Positions 37,209-47,145 of a DNA stretch of 64,000 bases are shown here, piece by piece (the stretch's first letter is position 1; each line of letters opens with the position of its first letter). The notes beneath the pieces were generated by a model. The model saw only the letters and a list, made by a program, of their open reading frames with translations. It was not told the origin of the DNA and searched no databases. The stretch lies in IMG/VR virus record IMGVR_UViG_3300046535_001151, positions 12,272-76,271 of that record; one strand, given 5' to 3'. Origin of the DNA: a virus. The position numbers and the translations under genes are program-made.

Positions 37209-37384
37209 CCCAGGCCCAGATCCGTATCGGTGTCCTGCTGTTCCTCACCGGCGCTGCGGGCTTCTGCCTGATCGTGGGCCTGACCAATATTCCCCACTGG
37301 AACCGCTGGGGGACAGCGGGGATCGTGTTCTACGTGCTGGCGTATGTGTATAGTCAGGTGACCAAGTCGAGGGGGTTGATGTGA
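37205..37384 (+). CDS. Small two-TM membrane protein
   Basis: Own translation MTQAQIRIGVLLFLTG...GIVFYVLAYVY; coupled on both sides. Confidence 0.6.
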   Translation: MTQAQIRIGVLLFLTGAAGFCLIVGLTNIPHWNRWGTAGIVFYVLAYVYSQVTKSRGLM

Positions 37385-38226
37385 TTCCGATTGTGATGCC
37401 GGTACTGGGAGCCCCTGAACTCACTGAAGCAGCCATCGCAGACTGTCTCGCACAGAGCATCCCCACGAGGCTGCTCATAGTGAATCAAGGGGTCCCCACT
37501 CCGTTCCGGTCGAGGCTGGAGCAGATCGCGGAGGAATACGCCGACCGGATCCTCCTCTGGCATCACGATCCCCCACTGCCCAGTCTGTCGGCGACGTGGA
37601 ACCGAGCACTGAGGTTCTGTTGGGAGTCTGGAGCCGACAGGGCGTTAGTCATCAACAACGATGTGCGGCTGTCGGATCTCACCGTCGGGATGCTCAGCAT
37701 GAACATGGATCGCGCAGACGCCCTGTTCATCACCGCTGTCGGTGTGACTGGAGAACAGTTCGCCGCGTGGCCGGAGAGTGATGCCATGTCCTTCTGGACA
37801 CGAGAGACGACCAGTGGGATTCCCCCGAATAGCAAGGGAGGACCCGACTTCTCCTGCTACCTGATCTCCAAAGAGGCGCACGAGAAGTACCCCTTCGACG
37901 AAGCCTTCATCCCGGCCTTCTGTGAAGACCTCGACACCCACCGGCGCTATATGCTCGGCGGTGACGGCCATCGGATCTTCTCGATCAACCTCCCCTTCCA
38001 CCACATCGGTGGCGGATCGCAGACCCTGAAGTCGATGAGTCCCGAGGCTCGGGCCAAGCATGAAGCCCGAATTGGGATCTCCCGTGCTCACTACAAGGCC
38101 AAATGGGGTGGGGATGTGAACCAGGAACGCTACACGATCCCGTTTGATCCACAGAGTGATCAGGACGGGGTGACCACTCCTGAACTCCAGAAGGCTATTC
38201 AGGCTGCCGAGGCTGTCGGTGTATAA
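37381..38226 (+). CDS. Glycosyltransferase family 2
   Basis: IVMPV, SATWN, VINNDV, FDEAFIPAFCEDLD, HIGGGS. Confidence 0.85.
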   Translation: MIPIVMPVLGAPELTEAAIADCLAQSIPTRLLIVNQGVPTPFRSRLEQIAEEYADRILLWHHDPPLPSLSATWNRALRFCWESGADRALVINNDVRLSDLTVGMLSMNMDRADALFITAVGVTGEQFAAWPESDAMSFWTRETTSGIPPNSKGGPDFSCYLISKEAHEKYPFDEAFIPAFCEDLDTHRRYMLGGDGHRIFSINLPFHHIGGGSQTLKSMSPEARAKHEARIGISRAHYKAKWGGDVNQERYTIPFDPQSDQDGVTTPELQKAIQAAEAVGV

Positions 38227-38674
38227 CTTCACCGGCAAAATCTTCGATGCCGAGCAGGTCGCCTACCTCCTCAGCCGCCTGAGCGTGTTCGATCTCTCCG
38301 CCCCGGGAGGGTCGTTCATGCCGGAGAGTGATCGCGTCAAGGCACGGTTCTATCCCTTCCTCAAGGATTCCTTCAAGGGGGTCTGGGCCTATGCCACCCT
38401 CGTGGTACTGGAGCCCTCCGCGCAGATCGTGGCGCACAAGGACGAGTGGACGGGAGCGTTGACCCGCTACCATATTCCTCTACAACTCAATGAATGGTGT
38501 TGGGTCTATACCGAAGCTGACTGGCGGCGTGACGTAGGATTCAACGGCTGGCAGCAACTTGAACTCGGCTATGTCTATAAGATGAACCCCGGTCTGCCCC
38601 ACGGGGCGGTGAACTGGGGAACCACGCGGCGAATCCACCTCCTGATCGACACCCCGAATGTTACTGAAGCCTAG
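38219..38674 (+). CDS. AspH-like 2OG-Fe(II) hydroxylase
   Basis: LEP...IVAHKD (HxD), RYHIPL, PHGAVNWG..RRIHLLID. Confidence 0.85.
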   Translation: MYNFTGKIFDAEQVAYLLSRLSVFDLSAPGGSFMPESDRVKARFYPFLKDSFKGVWAYATLVVLEPSAQIVAHKDEWTGALTRYHIPLQLNEWCWVYTEADWRRDVGFNGWQQLELGYVYKMNPGLPHGAVNWGTTRRIHLLIDTPNVTEA

Positions 38675-41666
38675 CGCCTGCGCCGGCTGTGTCCTCGCCG
38701 ACAGCGGGAAGGGCTATGCCCCGGCAGACGGACCCGACACCTCTCCACTCCTGCTGGTGGGAGAAGCCCTCGGCGCGACTGAAGCGGCAGTGGGGAAGCC
38801 GTTCGTCGGTGATGCCGGATCCATGCTCGCTCGCCTGTTCAAGATGCTCGGCTGGGAGCGAGAGCACCTCCGGATAGACAACAGTATTCGTTGCCGCCCA
38901 CCTAATGATTGGTTGGAAGGGGCTCCGTGGCAGTATGCCGCCCTCGATGCCTGTGCCCCCTACCTGAACGACAGCCTCGCGAGTCCGTATCTGAAGGTGG
39001 TCGTCCCAATGGGCACCACAGCCATCAAACGGGTCATGCGGATCAGCGGGAAGAAGATCGGCCCGAACAACTTCCATGGCACGGTGACGAGAGATCCGCT
39101 CGACCGCTTCTGGATCGTCCCGACCTTCCACCCCTCCTACCTCCAGCGTGGGGCTCACAATCTGATAGGTACAGTCCTCTGGGATCTGCAGCAGGCATTC
39201 AAGGCGATCACAGACAACCCTCCACCCGATCCCGCGTCCATCGTCTGCGATCCTCCGCTCGAGTGGTTCACCGCTTGGGTCGATCTGGTCATCGCCGCTC
39301 GCCAGCAGGATCCTGCCGCCTATCCGATCTCCTCCGACATCGAGACCCCGGACAAGGCTGGTGGGCAGGATGAAGGGGAGATCTCCTCCGACGATCGCAG
39401 CTTCACGATCCTCCGGTGGAATGTGAGCTGTCACCAGGATGAAGGGATCACGGTTCCGTTCCAAGGTCCGTACATCGACGAGTTGATCCGTCTCCATCAG
39501 TCTCCCGGCCCGATCTGGGGCTGGAACTTCACCGGCTACGACTTCGAGAGAGCCGTCGCAGCAGGCGTGATGAAGGCGGAGGACTTCCACAAGGTCCTCG
39601 ATCTGATGTGGGTAGCCCACCAGCTCCAGTCAGACGTCCCGAGAGGGTTAGGTTTCTGGGCGCCGTTCTATTCCAGCTTCGGCCCATGGAAACACCTCGC
39701 GGATTCAGAGCCTGCTCGCTACGCTGCCATCGACGGCTTCCAGACCCACCGAGTCGGATTCGGCCTGCTGCGCGATCATCAAAAGTTGGGTACCTGGCCC
39801 ACCGTGGCTCGGCATGTCCACCAGCTCCACCACCTCGTCCTGAAGCCAGCCCAGATCATCGGCGTGAAAGTCGACCGTGAGCGGCTGACCCTCTTTAAGT
39901 CCACTTTATCGGACAAAGCGACCACCCTGTTGAACAAGCTCCAAGAGTCCTATCCCGACGGCCTCCGTAACCTGACCCCCAAGCAGGGTCTCGTGTCTCG
40001 TCCCAAGGAGAATGTCCTCCATGTCAAAGCCTCAGCCTTCACACGCAAAGGGAAGAAGCGGAAGGGGAAGGACGTCACCGACCTCAAACTCGATCTCTAT
40101 CGGCAAGCCGTCGTGGTCGAGCGTGAACTTGTCCGAGAAGTTCGCTGCTGCGAAAGCTGCGGTGGTGTGGGCGTGCATACGAAGCATCGATGCAAAGATC
40201 GATCGCTTGTCCCGGCAACGGTCCTCCGCCTTGAGACGGTTACTCGCTATTTCTGGTCGGAGCCGTTCAACCCGGACAGCTGGCAACAGGTCCTGAACTA
40301 CATCAAGTTCAAGAAGCATCAGCCCGGGAAGGCCAAGAAGACCAAGAAGGATTCGACCGACCGAGAAACCCTGGACAGGCTGTCACGAACCGGCGATCCC
40401 CTCTACCTCACCCTGCTGGACTACCGCGCCGTGATCAAAGTGAAGGGCACCTATGTCGAAGGCACCGAACGGAGAATGGATGATGAGGGACGAATCCATC
40501 CCGAACCTACGTTCAAGCCGTCCACCTCAAGGCTGTCCTATGTCAACCCTAACATTACGAATGTCATTACCCGGGTCCGTGAGGGACGTGAGAATCTGGC
40601 CGCAGGCTTCCGTCGGTGTCTTGTGGCTAGTCCGGGATGTCGACTGTTGGAAGTGGACTTTGGGGGAAGCGAACAGGTGGATGTTGGGTGGTACTCCCGT
40701 GACCCGAATCACATCCGTCTGGCTCGGTTGGGGATCCATGCCGGTCTCGCCAGCCACGTCCTGAAGCGGCCCTACGACCCAAGCTGGAGTCCGGAGGTCC
40801 TCGGGGCCTACTTCAAGGAGATCAAGCAGGCCGAGGATGAGAAGACCCAGGCGGTCTATGAACGATCCAAACGGTTCGTCCACGGCTTCAGCTACGGCCT
40901 GACGATCCCCGGCATGGTCCTTCAATTCCCGGAGACCTTCCCGAACCACAAGGTGGCGGAGGAATACGCTGATATCTTCCGGTCGATGGCCCCGAAGATT
41001 CCCGCGTGGCAGCGACAGGTCAGGGAGCGGGCCTTCAAGCAGCATTATCTCGGTGGACCGGGCGATCATCCCTTCGGGTACAAACATTGGTTCTGGTCGG
41101 TCTTCACCTACAAGAAGATCACCGCGGGGCAGTACTGGGCGATCGTCCAGAAGATGAAGCGGAAGGGGATCGAAGAAGGCGATTCTCCGGTGGCGGTGAT
41201 CAACGGGCAGTACTTCCGGATCAACCTTGGTGAGGATGCCAAACGGTGTGTGGCGTTCTACCCCCAGTCCACTACCGCGGGGAAGCTCAAGGAAGCGATG
41301 CTGCGGTTATTCGATCCTGAACAGCCTGCGTACATCGGAGATGTCTACTTCGGCAAGACCCCCCTCCGCGCTCCAATCCACGATTCCCTGCTGCTCGAGA
41401 TTCCCACCAAGGTGTTCGATCTCACCGCGAGTATCGTCGTGCAGGAGATGCAGCGACCGCTGACCATGATGCCGTGTCCAGAGGAATGGCAGCTCGGACC
41501 CTACCTCTCGACTGGGGTCTCGGTGAAGGTCGGGACCGATGGGGGTGACTGGGCGAGTCTCTCTACGATTGCGGTGACCGAACTTGGAGTGGGCAGTGAT
41601 GTGCTGACCACTGCCGCGGTGGGGGATGAAGAGGAAGTCGCTGACCTTGGTCGGGAGGTGGCTTAG
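38658..41666 (+). CDS. polA: DNA polymerase family A with N-terminal family-4 uracil-DNA glycosylase domain
   Basis: UDG: CxxC, VGEALG, PFVG, NSIRCRPP, HPS; exonuclease: DIET, WN...YD, YAAID; polymerase: RLSYVNPN, motif A DFGGSE, motif B K..HG..YG, motif C HD. Confidence 0.92.
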   Translation: MLLKPSACAGCVLADSGKGYAPADGPDTSPLLLVGEALGATEAAVGKPFVGDAGSMLARLFKMLGWEREHLRIDNSIRCRPPNDWLEGAPWQYAALDACAPYLNDSLASPYLKVVVPMGTTAIKRVMRISGKKIGPNNFHGTVTRDPLDRFWIVPTFHPSYLQRGAHNLIGTVLWDLQQAFKAITDNPPPDPASIVCDPPLEWFTAWVDLVIAARQQDPAAYPISSDIETPDKAGGQDEGEISSDDRSFTILRWNVSCHQDEGITVPFQGPYIDELIRLHQSPGPIWGWNFTGYDFERAVAAGVMKAEDFHKVLDLMWVAHQLQSDVPRGLGFWAPFYSSFGPWKHLADSEPARYAAIDGFQTHRVGFGLLRDHQKLGTWPTVARHVHQLHHLVLKPAQIIGVKVDRERLTLFKSTLSDKATTLLNKLQESYPDGLRNLTPKQGLVSRPKENVLHVKASAFTRKGKKRKGKDVTDLKLDLYRQAVVVERELVREVRCCESCGGVGVHTKHRCKDRSLVPATVLRLETVTRYFWSEPFNPDSWQQVLNYIKFKKHQPGKAKKTKKDSTDRETLDRLSRTGDPLYLTLLDYRAVIKVKGTYVEGTERRMDDEGRIHPEPTFKPSTSRLSYVNPNITNVITRVREGRENLAAGFRRCLVASPGCRLLEVDFGGSEQVDVGWYSRDPNHIRLARLGIHAGLASHVLKRPYDPSWSPEVLGAYFKEIKQAEDEKTQAVYERSKRFVHGFSYGLTIPGMVLQFPETFPNHKVAEEYADIFRSMAPKIPAWQRQVRERAFKQHYLGGPGDHPFGYKHWFWSVFTYKKITAGQYWAIVQKMKRKGIEEGDSPVAVINGQYFRINLGEDAKRCVAFYPQSTTAGKLKEAMLRLFDPEQPAYIGDVYFGKTPLRAPIHDSLLLEIPTKVFDLTASIVVQEMQRPLTMMPCPEEWQLGPYLSTGVSVKVGTDGGDWASLSTIAVTELGVGSDVLTTAAVGDEEEVADLGREVA

Positions 41667-43999
41667 GGAACCGAGGCTTGAACAGTCGTCGGCTTCGGTG
41701 GAGGACCGACAGGCTGCGCCGGTTCCTCACTTCGACCAGGAAATACGAGTCGTCCTAGATCCGCCAGCGCCATCCCCGGCTCCGGTCCCGTCAGCGCCTT
41801 GATCAACCACTGGGTTCGCTGTGGGGTATAGGCTGCCCACTGTGTGAGATCGGCGATTCTCGGTCCCTTCAAGATGGATCGGGTGACCGCGCCAACCTTG
41901 GTAATCGGGTGTCCTGGCACAAGCAGCCCGTAGGCAATATCGCGTGTCGCTGTAGCCGCACTCGGAGCAGTCGCAATCGTCGATCCCTCAAAGGCTTGCT
42001 TCTGTGCCGCAGCACCTACCTCAAACGCCTTCTTCTCGGTTGCCGCTGCGAGTTCTTTCTGTTGGAGCGACTGGAATGCCTCGCCGATTTGTTTCAGATT
42101 CCCCCAGACCGTCTGCCCTGCAGGATCCCCATACATGGTCTTGATAAACTCCTGCCCATTACCCGATCCTTCCATCTTCTGCATCTCTGCAATCATCTTC
42201 TCCGGGCCGAGCCGCACGAGTTTCTCATGGGTCCAGGATGCCCGCAGTGCATTCCACGCGGCCTCCCCCTGTTGGGCACCCGCCTCGGCTCCCTGCTTCG
42301 GGACATCGACTGTGAGATTCTTCAGGAGCCTTGCCTGCGTTGGGTGCTGCCAGTCAATCTTCCGTATCACGACCTCGGGATCATCAAGGATGGCCTTGTG
42401 GAGCTTCGGCGTGACACCCTTCTCGTAGAGCTTCGCGACCTGTGCATAGTCCGAGGTGGCTTGGTTGTAGGGTTCGTGAGCTGCCATGAGATCCCGTAGG
42501 GTGACTCTGAACCCCTTGGTAATCTGCTGCACCTGTTTCTTGGCCGGTGAGTCCCAGTTCACTGCCTCGTCGAGGAGCCGCTTCATCTTGTGGGCATCGT
42601 CGAACTCAATATGAGGATTCTCGGTAATCTTCTGATAAATGTCAGAGAGGACACCGGGGAGCGGATGATCGGGTCCGGTGGACTGCGCAAGGAGATCCTT
42701 GAGTTCAGCCGGTGTGAGCGCACCCGATGTGCTCTTCCGCGTGGCCAAGTCTGACTTGATCCCACTTTCGGCTACAGGTTCCGACGCCTGTGCCACGGTC
42801 TCGAGTGCGGCCGGTTCGTGGCTCGCCATCGGCGTGATCTGATTGGAGAGTTCTTCTGCCCGCTTGACGAGAGGAGCGGTAGGCAGCCGCGGGCCAGACT
42901 GTGCGGTCGCTAGTACGTTCTTCCCCAGTTGATCCTTGACATCCTTCGCCGGACCCTGTGCTACGCCCTCGACCATCTGTCCCGCACGACTTGGGGTAAC
43001 AGGAGACTGTGTCGCCGCCAACCGAGATCTCGCAGCCGTAGTATCCGACGCGGCGACGTCGATAGCCTTGTTGAGTTCCCCTCGCATGTTACTGTGTGCA
43101 GCAAAGAGACCCTCTCGGACCTTGTTGCCAATACCAGAGGCCGCAATGCGTCGACCGAAGGCTTGTCCAACCCCAGTTATCAGTTGTCCCGTCGCGTCGT
43201 AGTACATCTGCCGACGTCCAGCGGATTGAATAGTTGGCCAGTCTCGGGCTCCAGAGGCTGCGGTCTGTGTCGCTCCTCCCACATAGGCCCCGACGAGCGG
43301 CACCGCAGCGGTATAGGCGCGACTGATGAGGGCGGGGAGTTCCAGTTCAGGGGCCACCATCGTGGCGGCGGCTGCTCCTACCATCCCGCCCAGCATCTCG
43401 TGATCGGGTGACGGCGTGAGGGCGGTGGAGGCGTCCTGCTGAGCAGCAGCGGTTCGGGGATCAGTCGCCGATGCTGGATGGGCAAACTTGGAGACGAGAT
43501 CCGTGATCTTGCTGGTTAGGGAACTTGAGGGCGGTCGGGTCGTCGAGGAGGGCGTCGAGGGTGGCGCGATCGACGAAGGCGTATGGGACGGTGCTGGCGG
43601 TGGTGGAGCAGTCGTCGTTCCACCTTGGTAGGTTTTCAGTTTCCCCAGTACACCCGGAATGTAATTGTTCGCGGTCGACGCAGGAGGCGTAGTTGCCCGT
43701 CCCTCGCCAGCGTTGTAGGCCGCGAGCGTCTTGGACACATCTCCCTTGTACTGATCCATGAGGAAGCGGAGATGCTGCACGCCCCCACGAATGTTCTGTC
43801 CGGCGTTAGACGGATCCACCCCGTAATGCTTCGCGGTGTTCGGCATCAACTGCATGACGCCGAGTTCGCCCGAGGTGCCTACTTTCGTCGGATCGAAACT
43901 GGATTCCTGATCAGCGACCGCGAGGGCGAGGGCGGGATCGACACCCTGCCGTGTCGCTTCCTGACGAATGGCGTCTTGGACGGAGGGATCCTGCGGCAT
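41663..43999 (-). CDS. Internal virion/ejection protein with lytic transglycosylase (SLT) domain
   Basis: QESS, GVMQLMP, NIRGG and LAAYNAG at the N-terminus. Confidence 0.85.
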   Translation of the reverse strand: MPQDPSVQDAIRQEATRQGVDPALALAVADQESSFDPTKVGTSGELGVMQLMPNTAKHYGVDPSNAGQNIRGGVQHLRFLMDQYKGDVSKTLAAYNAGEGRATTPPASTANNYIPGVLGKLKTYQGGTTTAPPPPAPSHTPSSIAPPSTPSSTTRPPSSSLTSKITDLVSKFAHPASATDPRTAAAQQDASTALTPSPDHEMLGGMVGAAAATMVAPELELPALISRAYTAAVPLVGAYVGGATQTAASGARDWPTIQSAGRRQMYYDATGQLITGVGQAFGRRIAASGIGNKVREGLFAAHSNMRGELNKAIDVAASDTTAARSRLAATQSPVTPSRAGQMVEGVAQGPAKDVKDQLGKNVLATAQSGPRLPTAPLVKRAEELSNQITPMASHEPAALETVAQASEPVAESGIKSDLATRKSTSGALTPAELKDLLAQSTGPDHPLPGVLSDIYQKITENPHIEFDDAHKMKRLLDEAVNWDSPAKKQVQQITKGFRVTLRDLMAAHEPYNQATSDYAQVAKLYEKGVTPKLHKAILDDPEVVIRKIDWQHPTQARLLKNLTVDVPKQGAEAGAQQGEAAWNALRASWTHEKLVRLGPEKMIAEMQKMEGSGNGQEFIKTMYGDPAGQTVWGNLKQIGEAFQSLQQKELAAATEKKAFEVGAAAQKQAFEGSTIATAPSAATATRDIAYGLLVPGHPITKVGAVTRSILKGPRIADLTQWAAYTPQRTQWLIKALTGPEPGMALADLGRLVFPGRSEEPAQPVGPPPKPTTVQASVP

Positions 44000-44002
44000 A
44001 CG

Positions 44003-46042
44003 CTACTGCAGGGGCTTGATCTTGTAGCCGCCCTGTGGACCGAGCGTGGGATCCCAGTACGCCTCACCGGGGCCTGCGGTCTCCACCGTCTTGGCTCCAG
44101 CAGGCGTTGAGGTAGCGGGGGATGTCCGAGCGGGAGGTGGAGTGGCCCCGTGTGAGGAGGCAGGACTCACCCCGGTCGCGGTCTGTTGAATATCCCGGAG
44201 GAAGGCGGCATTCGCATCCCGCAGCCCGACCAGCTTCTGGTACATCTGGGCCGGCGAGTCGAACCCACCCTCATCGCCTTCCTTGAGTTGGGACAGCGCC
44301 GAGACCCGATCCGCATTCAGCCCGGGCACGTTGTGGGCGAACATGATCTGCCGACCCGAGGGCAATCGAGGGGTGTGCTGACGGCGATCCGCATAGATCC
44401 GCTGCGACCGGCTGGCCCCACCCAAGTTGGACGAGGCCGACTGCTGGAGACCCGCGAGGTCTGGGAGTTGAGCCGCGGCCAGCGCAATCGGATTCCCTTC
44501 GGTTCCGGATCGATACTTCTCGACCAGCTTCATCGTGCCTTCGAGCGAGGTGTCGTTCTTGAACGGCTCGAGAGCGGCGAGGGCAGCGGTGATGTTGTCG
44601 TTCATCGACTCGGTACGGGAGATCGCGGTCTGCACCGAGGCTGGCACAGGCTTCCCGGTTTCTCGCGACTGCCCTGCCATCTCAGGAGGCGCCCCAGCCA
44701 GGGTACGTGCACGGAGTCCAGCCGGCTTGGTCGGTGTAGCCGTGGGAGCCGTGGGAGCCGCTGTCGGTGCTGCGGTCGTGATCGGCGCTGCTCCACCGCT
44801 GCTCGGCGCTGCTCCTGCGGGTGCGGGTGGTGGAGTCGCAGGGGCTCCAGCCTGAGCCGGTGGAGGGGTGGCGCCGGGAGCCGTGGGGGCTGCTCCTTCA
44901 TCTGGGAGTGGAGCCGCGGTACCCTGCAGCAACTGTTCACCCAGCGTCAGGACCTGATCCACCGTGCCATTCGGCAACATCCCCCGAGCCGCACTGAGAG
45001 CTTGGTTATTCGTAAGCTGGCCCTTCTGCTGGGCAACCAACGCGAGCGTGTGCTGCTGCTGCCCCTGACTCAGCCGACCAAACGGCTTGTGGTAGGTGGC
45101 CTGTGCCACCGACTCGTTACTGACCCCGTAGGTCTGATTCGCGGTCGCCGACTTCGGACGGAATCCCGGGATCGGCTGACCGTTCGCATCCTCATACTGG
45201 TTGGTGAACTTGTTGAAGCTCCCGAAGCGCAGCTCCACATTCCCGTCAGGAGTGGTCACCTCGCCCTGAATTGACTGGTAGGGGGCGGCAGCAGATCCAC
45301 GATACTGGCGTTGGAGGAGGGCCAAGGCTTCCGGCCGGCTCATCCCCGCGGCGACCATGCCCGCGACCTTCCCCTCGACATCCCCCGACTGCACCGCGAT
45401 CGCATGCTTCTTGGCAGCCTCTTCAGCGGTGTCAAAAATCTGACGTGGATGGCTCCCTGTGACAAAGCTCGGACTGGGCGGTCCCTGCAACCCGGGAGGC
45501 GCCACCGCCGGCTGTGAACGCGGAAAGACCCCCGACTGTCCACTCACCACCGGCGGTGATCCCGGCACAGTCTGGGTCCCTGTGGTCACCGGAGGCGGTC
45601 CACCCTGCACAGGAGACGTCGCAGACTGAGCCGAGGGCGCTGGAGGAGGCAGCGCCGTCACCGTGGCCTGCGGGGTGCCGATCGGTCCTTCGACCTTCCC
45701 GGGCAGGCTCCGCTCGATCGGGAGTTCAGGACTACGAGGTCCGGGTGTGGAGGAGGTCTCCTGCACCGGCGTCGAGATATATTGCTGCAGCTGCTGGTAG
45801 AGCGGACTCTTCTGCCGCTCGCCCATCCAGCCCCTCAGCCCACCGGCCTTCTTCCCCGGCAGCGCGGATTCGAACAGGCCACTGAGGGCCATCGACTGGA
45901 CATGGGGGTCGGAGGAGTTCAGGAGGGCTTCGTAGATCTTCCCTTCCTTGTCCCGAGACTGGATGTCATCCTGCCGGTTCCGTTCCTCGACATACCGCTG
46001 CCGACCCACGAAGCCCGGGACGAGTTCGTCGAGGAAGCTCAT
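44003..46042 (-). CDS. Internal virion/ejection protein
   Basis: Large Pro/Ala/Gln-rich protein between pilot-like and SLT genes. Confidence 0.6.
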   Translation of the reverse strand: MSFLDELVPGFVGRQRYVEERNRQDDIQSRDKEGKIYEALLNSSDPHVQSMALSGLFESALPGKKAGGLRGWMGERQKSPLYQQLQQYISTPVQETSSTPGPRSPELPIERSLPGKVEGPIGTPQATVTALPPPAPSAQSATSPVQGGPPPVTTGTQTVPGSPPVVSGQSGVFPRSQPAVAPPGLQGPPSPSFVTGSHPRQIFDTAEEAAKKHAIAVQSGDVEGKVAGMVAAGMSRPEALALLQRQYRGSAAAPYQSIQGEVTTPDGNVELRFGSFNKFTNQYEDANGQPIPGFRPKSATANQTYGVSNESVAQATYHKPFGRLSQGQQQHTLALVAQQKGQLTNNQALSAARGMLPNGTVDQVLTLGEQLLQGTAAPLPDEGAAPTAPGATPPPAQAGAPATPPPAPAGAAPSSGGAAPITTAAPTAAPTAPTATPTKPAGLRARTLAGAPPEMAGQSRETGKPVPASVQTAISRTESMNDNITAALAALEPFKNDTSLEGTMKLVEKYRSGTEGNPIALAAAQLPDLAGLQQSASSNLGGASRSQRIYADRRQHTPRLPSGRQIMFAHNVPGLNADRVSALSQLKEGDEGGFDSPAQMYQKLVGLRDANAAFLRDIQQTATGVSPASSHGATPPPARTSPATSTPAGAKTVETAGPGEAYWDPTLGPQGGYKIKPLQ

Positions 46043-46743
46043 CAGCCTTCCATGGGGTTGGGGTTGGCGTATTGGGGGTAGCCTGAACCGACCGGGACAT
46101 ACCCGCCGCTGTTCCATGTCCCATTGGGAGAGGCAGAAGGTTTGTTCCGGTTCCCGATCCCATTGAGAATATCGAACAGCATCGACCCGACCGCCTGCCC
46201 GTTGCCCGATCCCTGCTGCGAGATGAACCGCTGCTGCTGGAGCCGTTCGCCCATGATCCCGCCGTAGGTCCCCGCCGCGCCACTCAACCCAGCGAATCCA
46301 TGCCCCCGCTCAGCCTCACCCAGATCCCCGAGTGCTGCCGCCGCCATCGGTTGGACACCCATGGTCAGGTGGGCCACATCGCCAGCCCGAGACCGTGAGA
46401 GATTCGCCTTGGCGAGATCCCTGACCGCCCCTTGCACCCCCGACCGTTCCAGACTCCGGCCGGCGCCAGCATACTGATCGTTGATGGCCTTCCTCGGTCC
46501 CGCCGTGGCCTCGGCCATCTGGGAGCGATTCCCCCGGAGCAGGGTGTCGTAGTAGCTCCCGGCATGCTGGACCAGCGGAGTGCCAATGTCGAAGGCTTGA
46601 TTGGCCCGCTTCTCCTGTGAGGCCGCGATCCCCTCGGAGTTGGCGGTGGCGGCATTCAGGGCGCCTTGGGCCTTGTGCTGCTGGTAGGCATTGACGCCCA
46701 TCCCCACCGCCGAGACAATCGCCGGAATCGCAATCGCCGGCAT
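46042..46743 (-). CDS. DNA ejection/pilot protein
   Basis: Hydrophobic Gly/Ala N-terminus followed by Ala/Gln-rich helices. Confidence 0.6.
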   Translation of the reverse strand: MPAIAIPAIVSAVGMGVNAYQQHKAQGALNAATANSEGIAASQEKRANQAFDIGTPLVQHAGSYYDTLLRGNRSQMAEATAGPRKAINDQYAGAGRSLERSGVQGAVRDLAKANLSRSRAGDVAHLTMGVQPMAAAALGDLGEAERGHGFAGLSGAAGTYGGIMGERLQQQRFISQQGSGNGQAVGSMLFDILNGIGNRNKPSASPNGTWNSGGYVPVGSGYPQYANPNPMEG

Positions 46744-47144
46744 CAGCGAGACTCCGGCACCGGAAACACCCACGTCTGCCCCGGCACAGGCGTGCCCCCG
46801 ATGTGCTCGAGCAGCTGATCAATCTGTGGATCCACCGACTGGGTCAGGACATTCCGCACCCCGGCCTGCTGAAGGTGCTGCACCATCGCCGTGAACAGCA
46901 ACCGGCTCACGCCGCCCTTGCCCCGGTGATCGGGATGTTCCCACAAGCCTTCGACATGGTCGGTGAGCATCCGGGCCCAGCAGCCGATGATCTCCCCGTC
47001 CTGTTCCACCACGAGGACCCAGGTGAGGATCGGGGCGGTGATGTCGGCGAGATAGGCCAGTTCGGTGCCACGGAGCTTGGCCCATTCCGCTTGGGGGAGT
47101 TCGCGGGCGGTCAGCGCGGTGGCGACCTCGGGCATGGGGGCCAT
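46743..47144 (-). CDS. GNAT-like acetyltransferase
   Basis: VVEQDGEIIG, HVEGLWEHPDHRGKG. Confidence 0.7.
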   Translation of the reverse strand: MAPMPEVATALTARELPQAEWAKLRGTELAYLADITAPILTWVLVVEQDGEIIGCWARMLTDHVEGLWEHPDHRGKGGVSRLLFTAMVQHLQQAGVRNVLTQSVDPQIDQLLEHIGGTPVPGQTWVFPVPESR

Positions 47145-47145
47145 T

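Noticed and set aside
35717-37297. 526-aa minus-strand ORF (and 34762-35934)
   Set aside because: Antisense shadow of well-supported methyltransferase/GT genes in GC-rich DNA; no motifs
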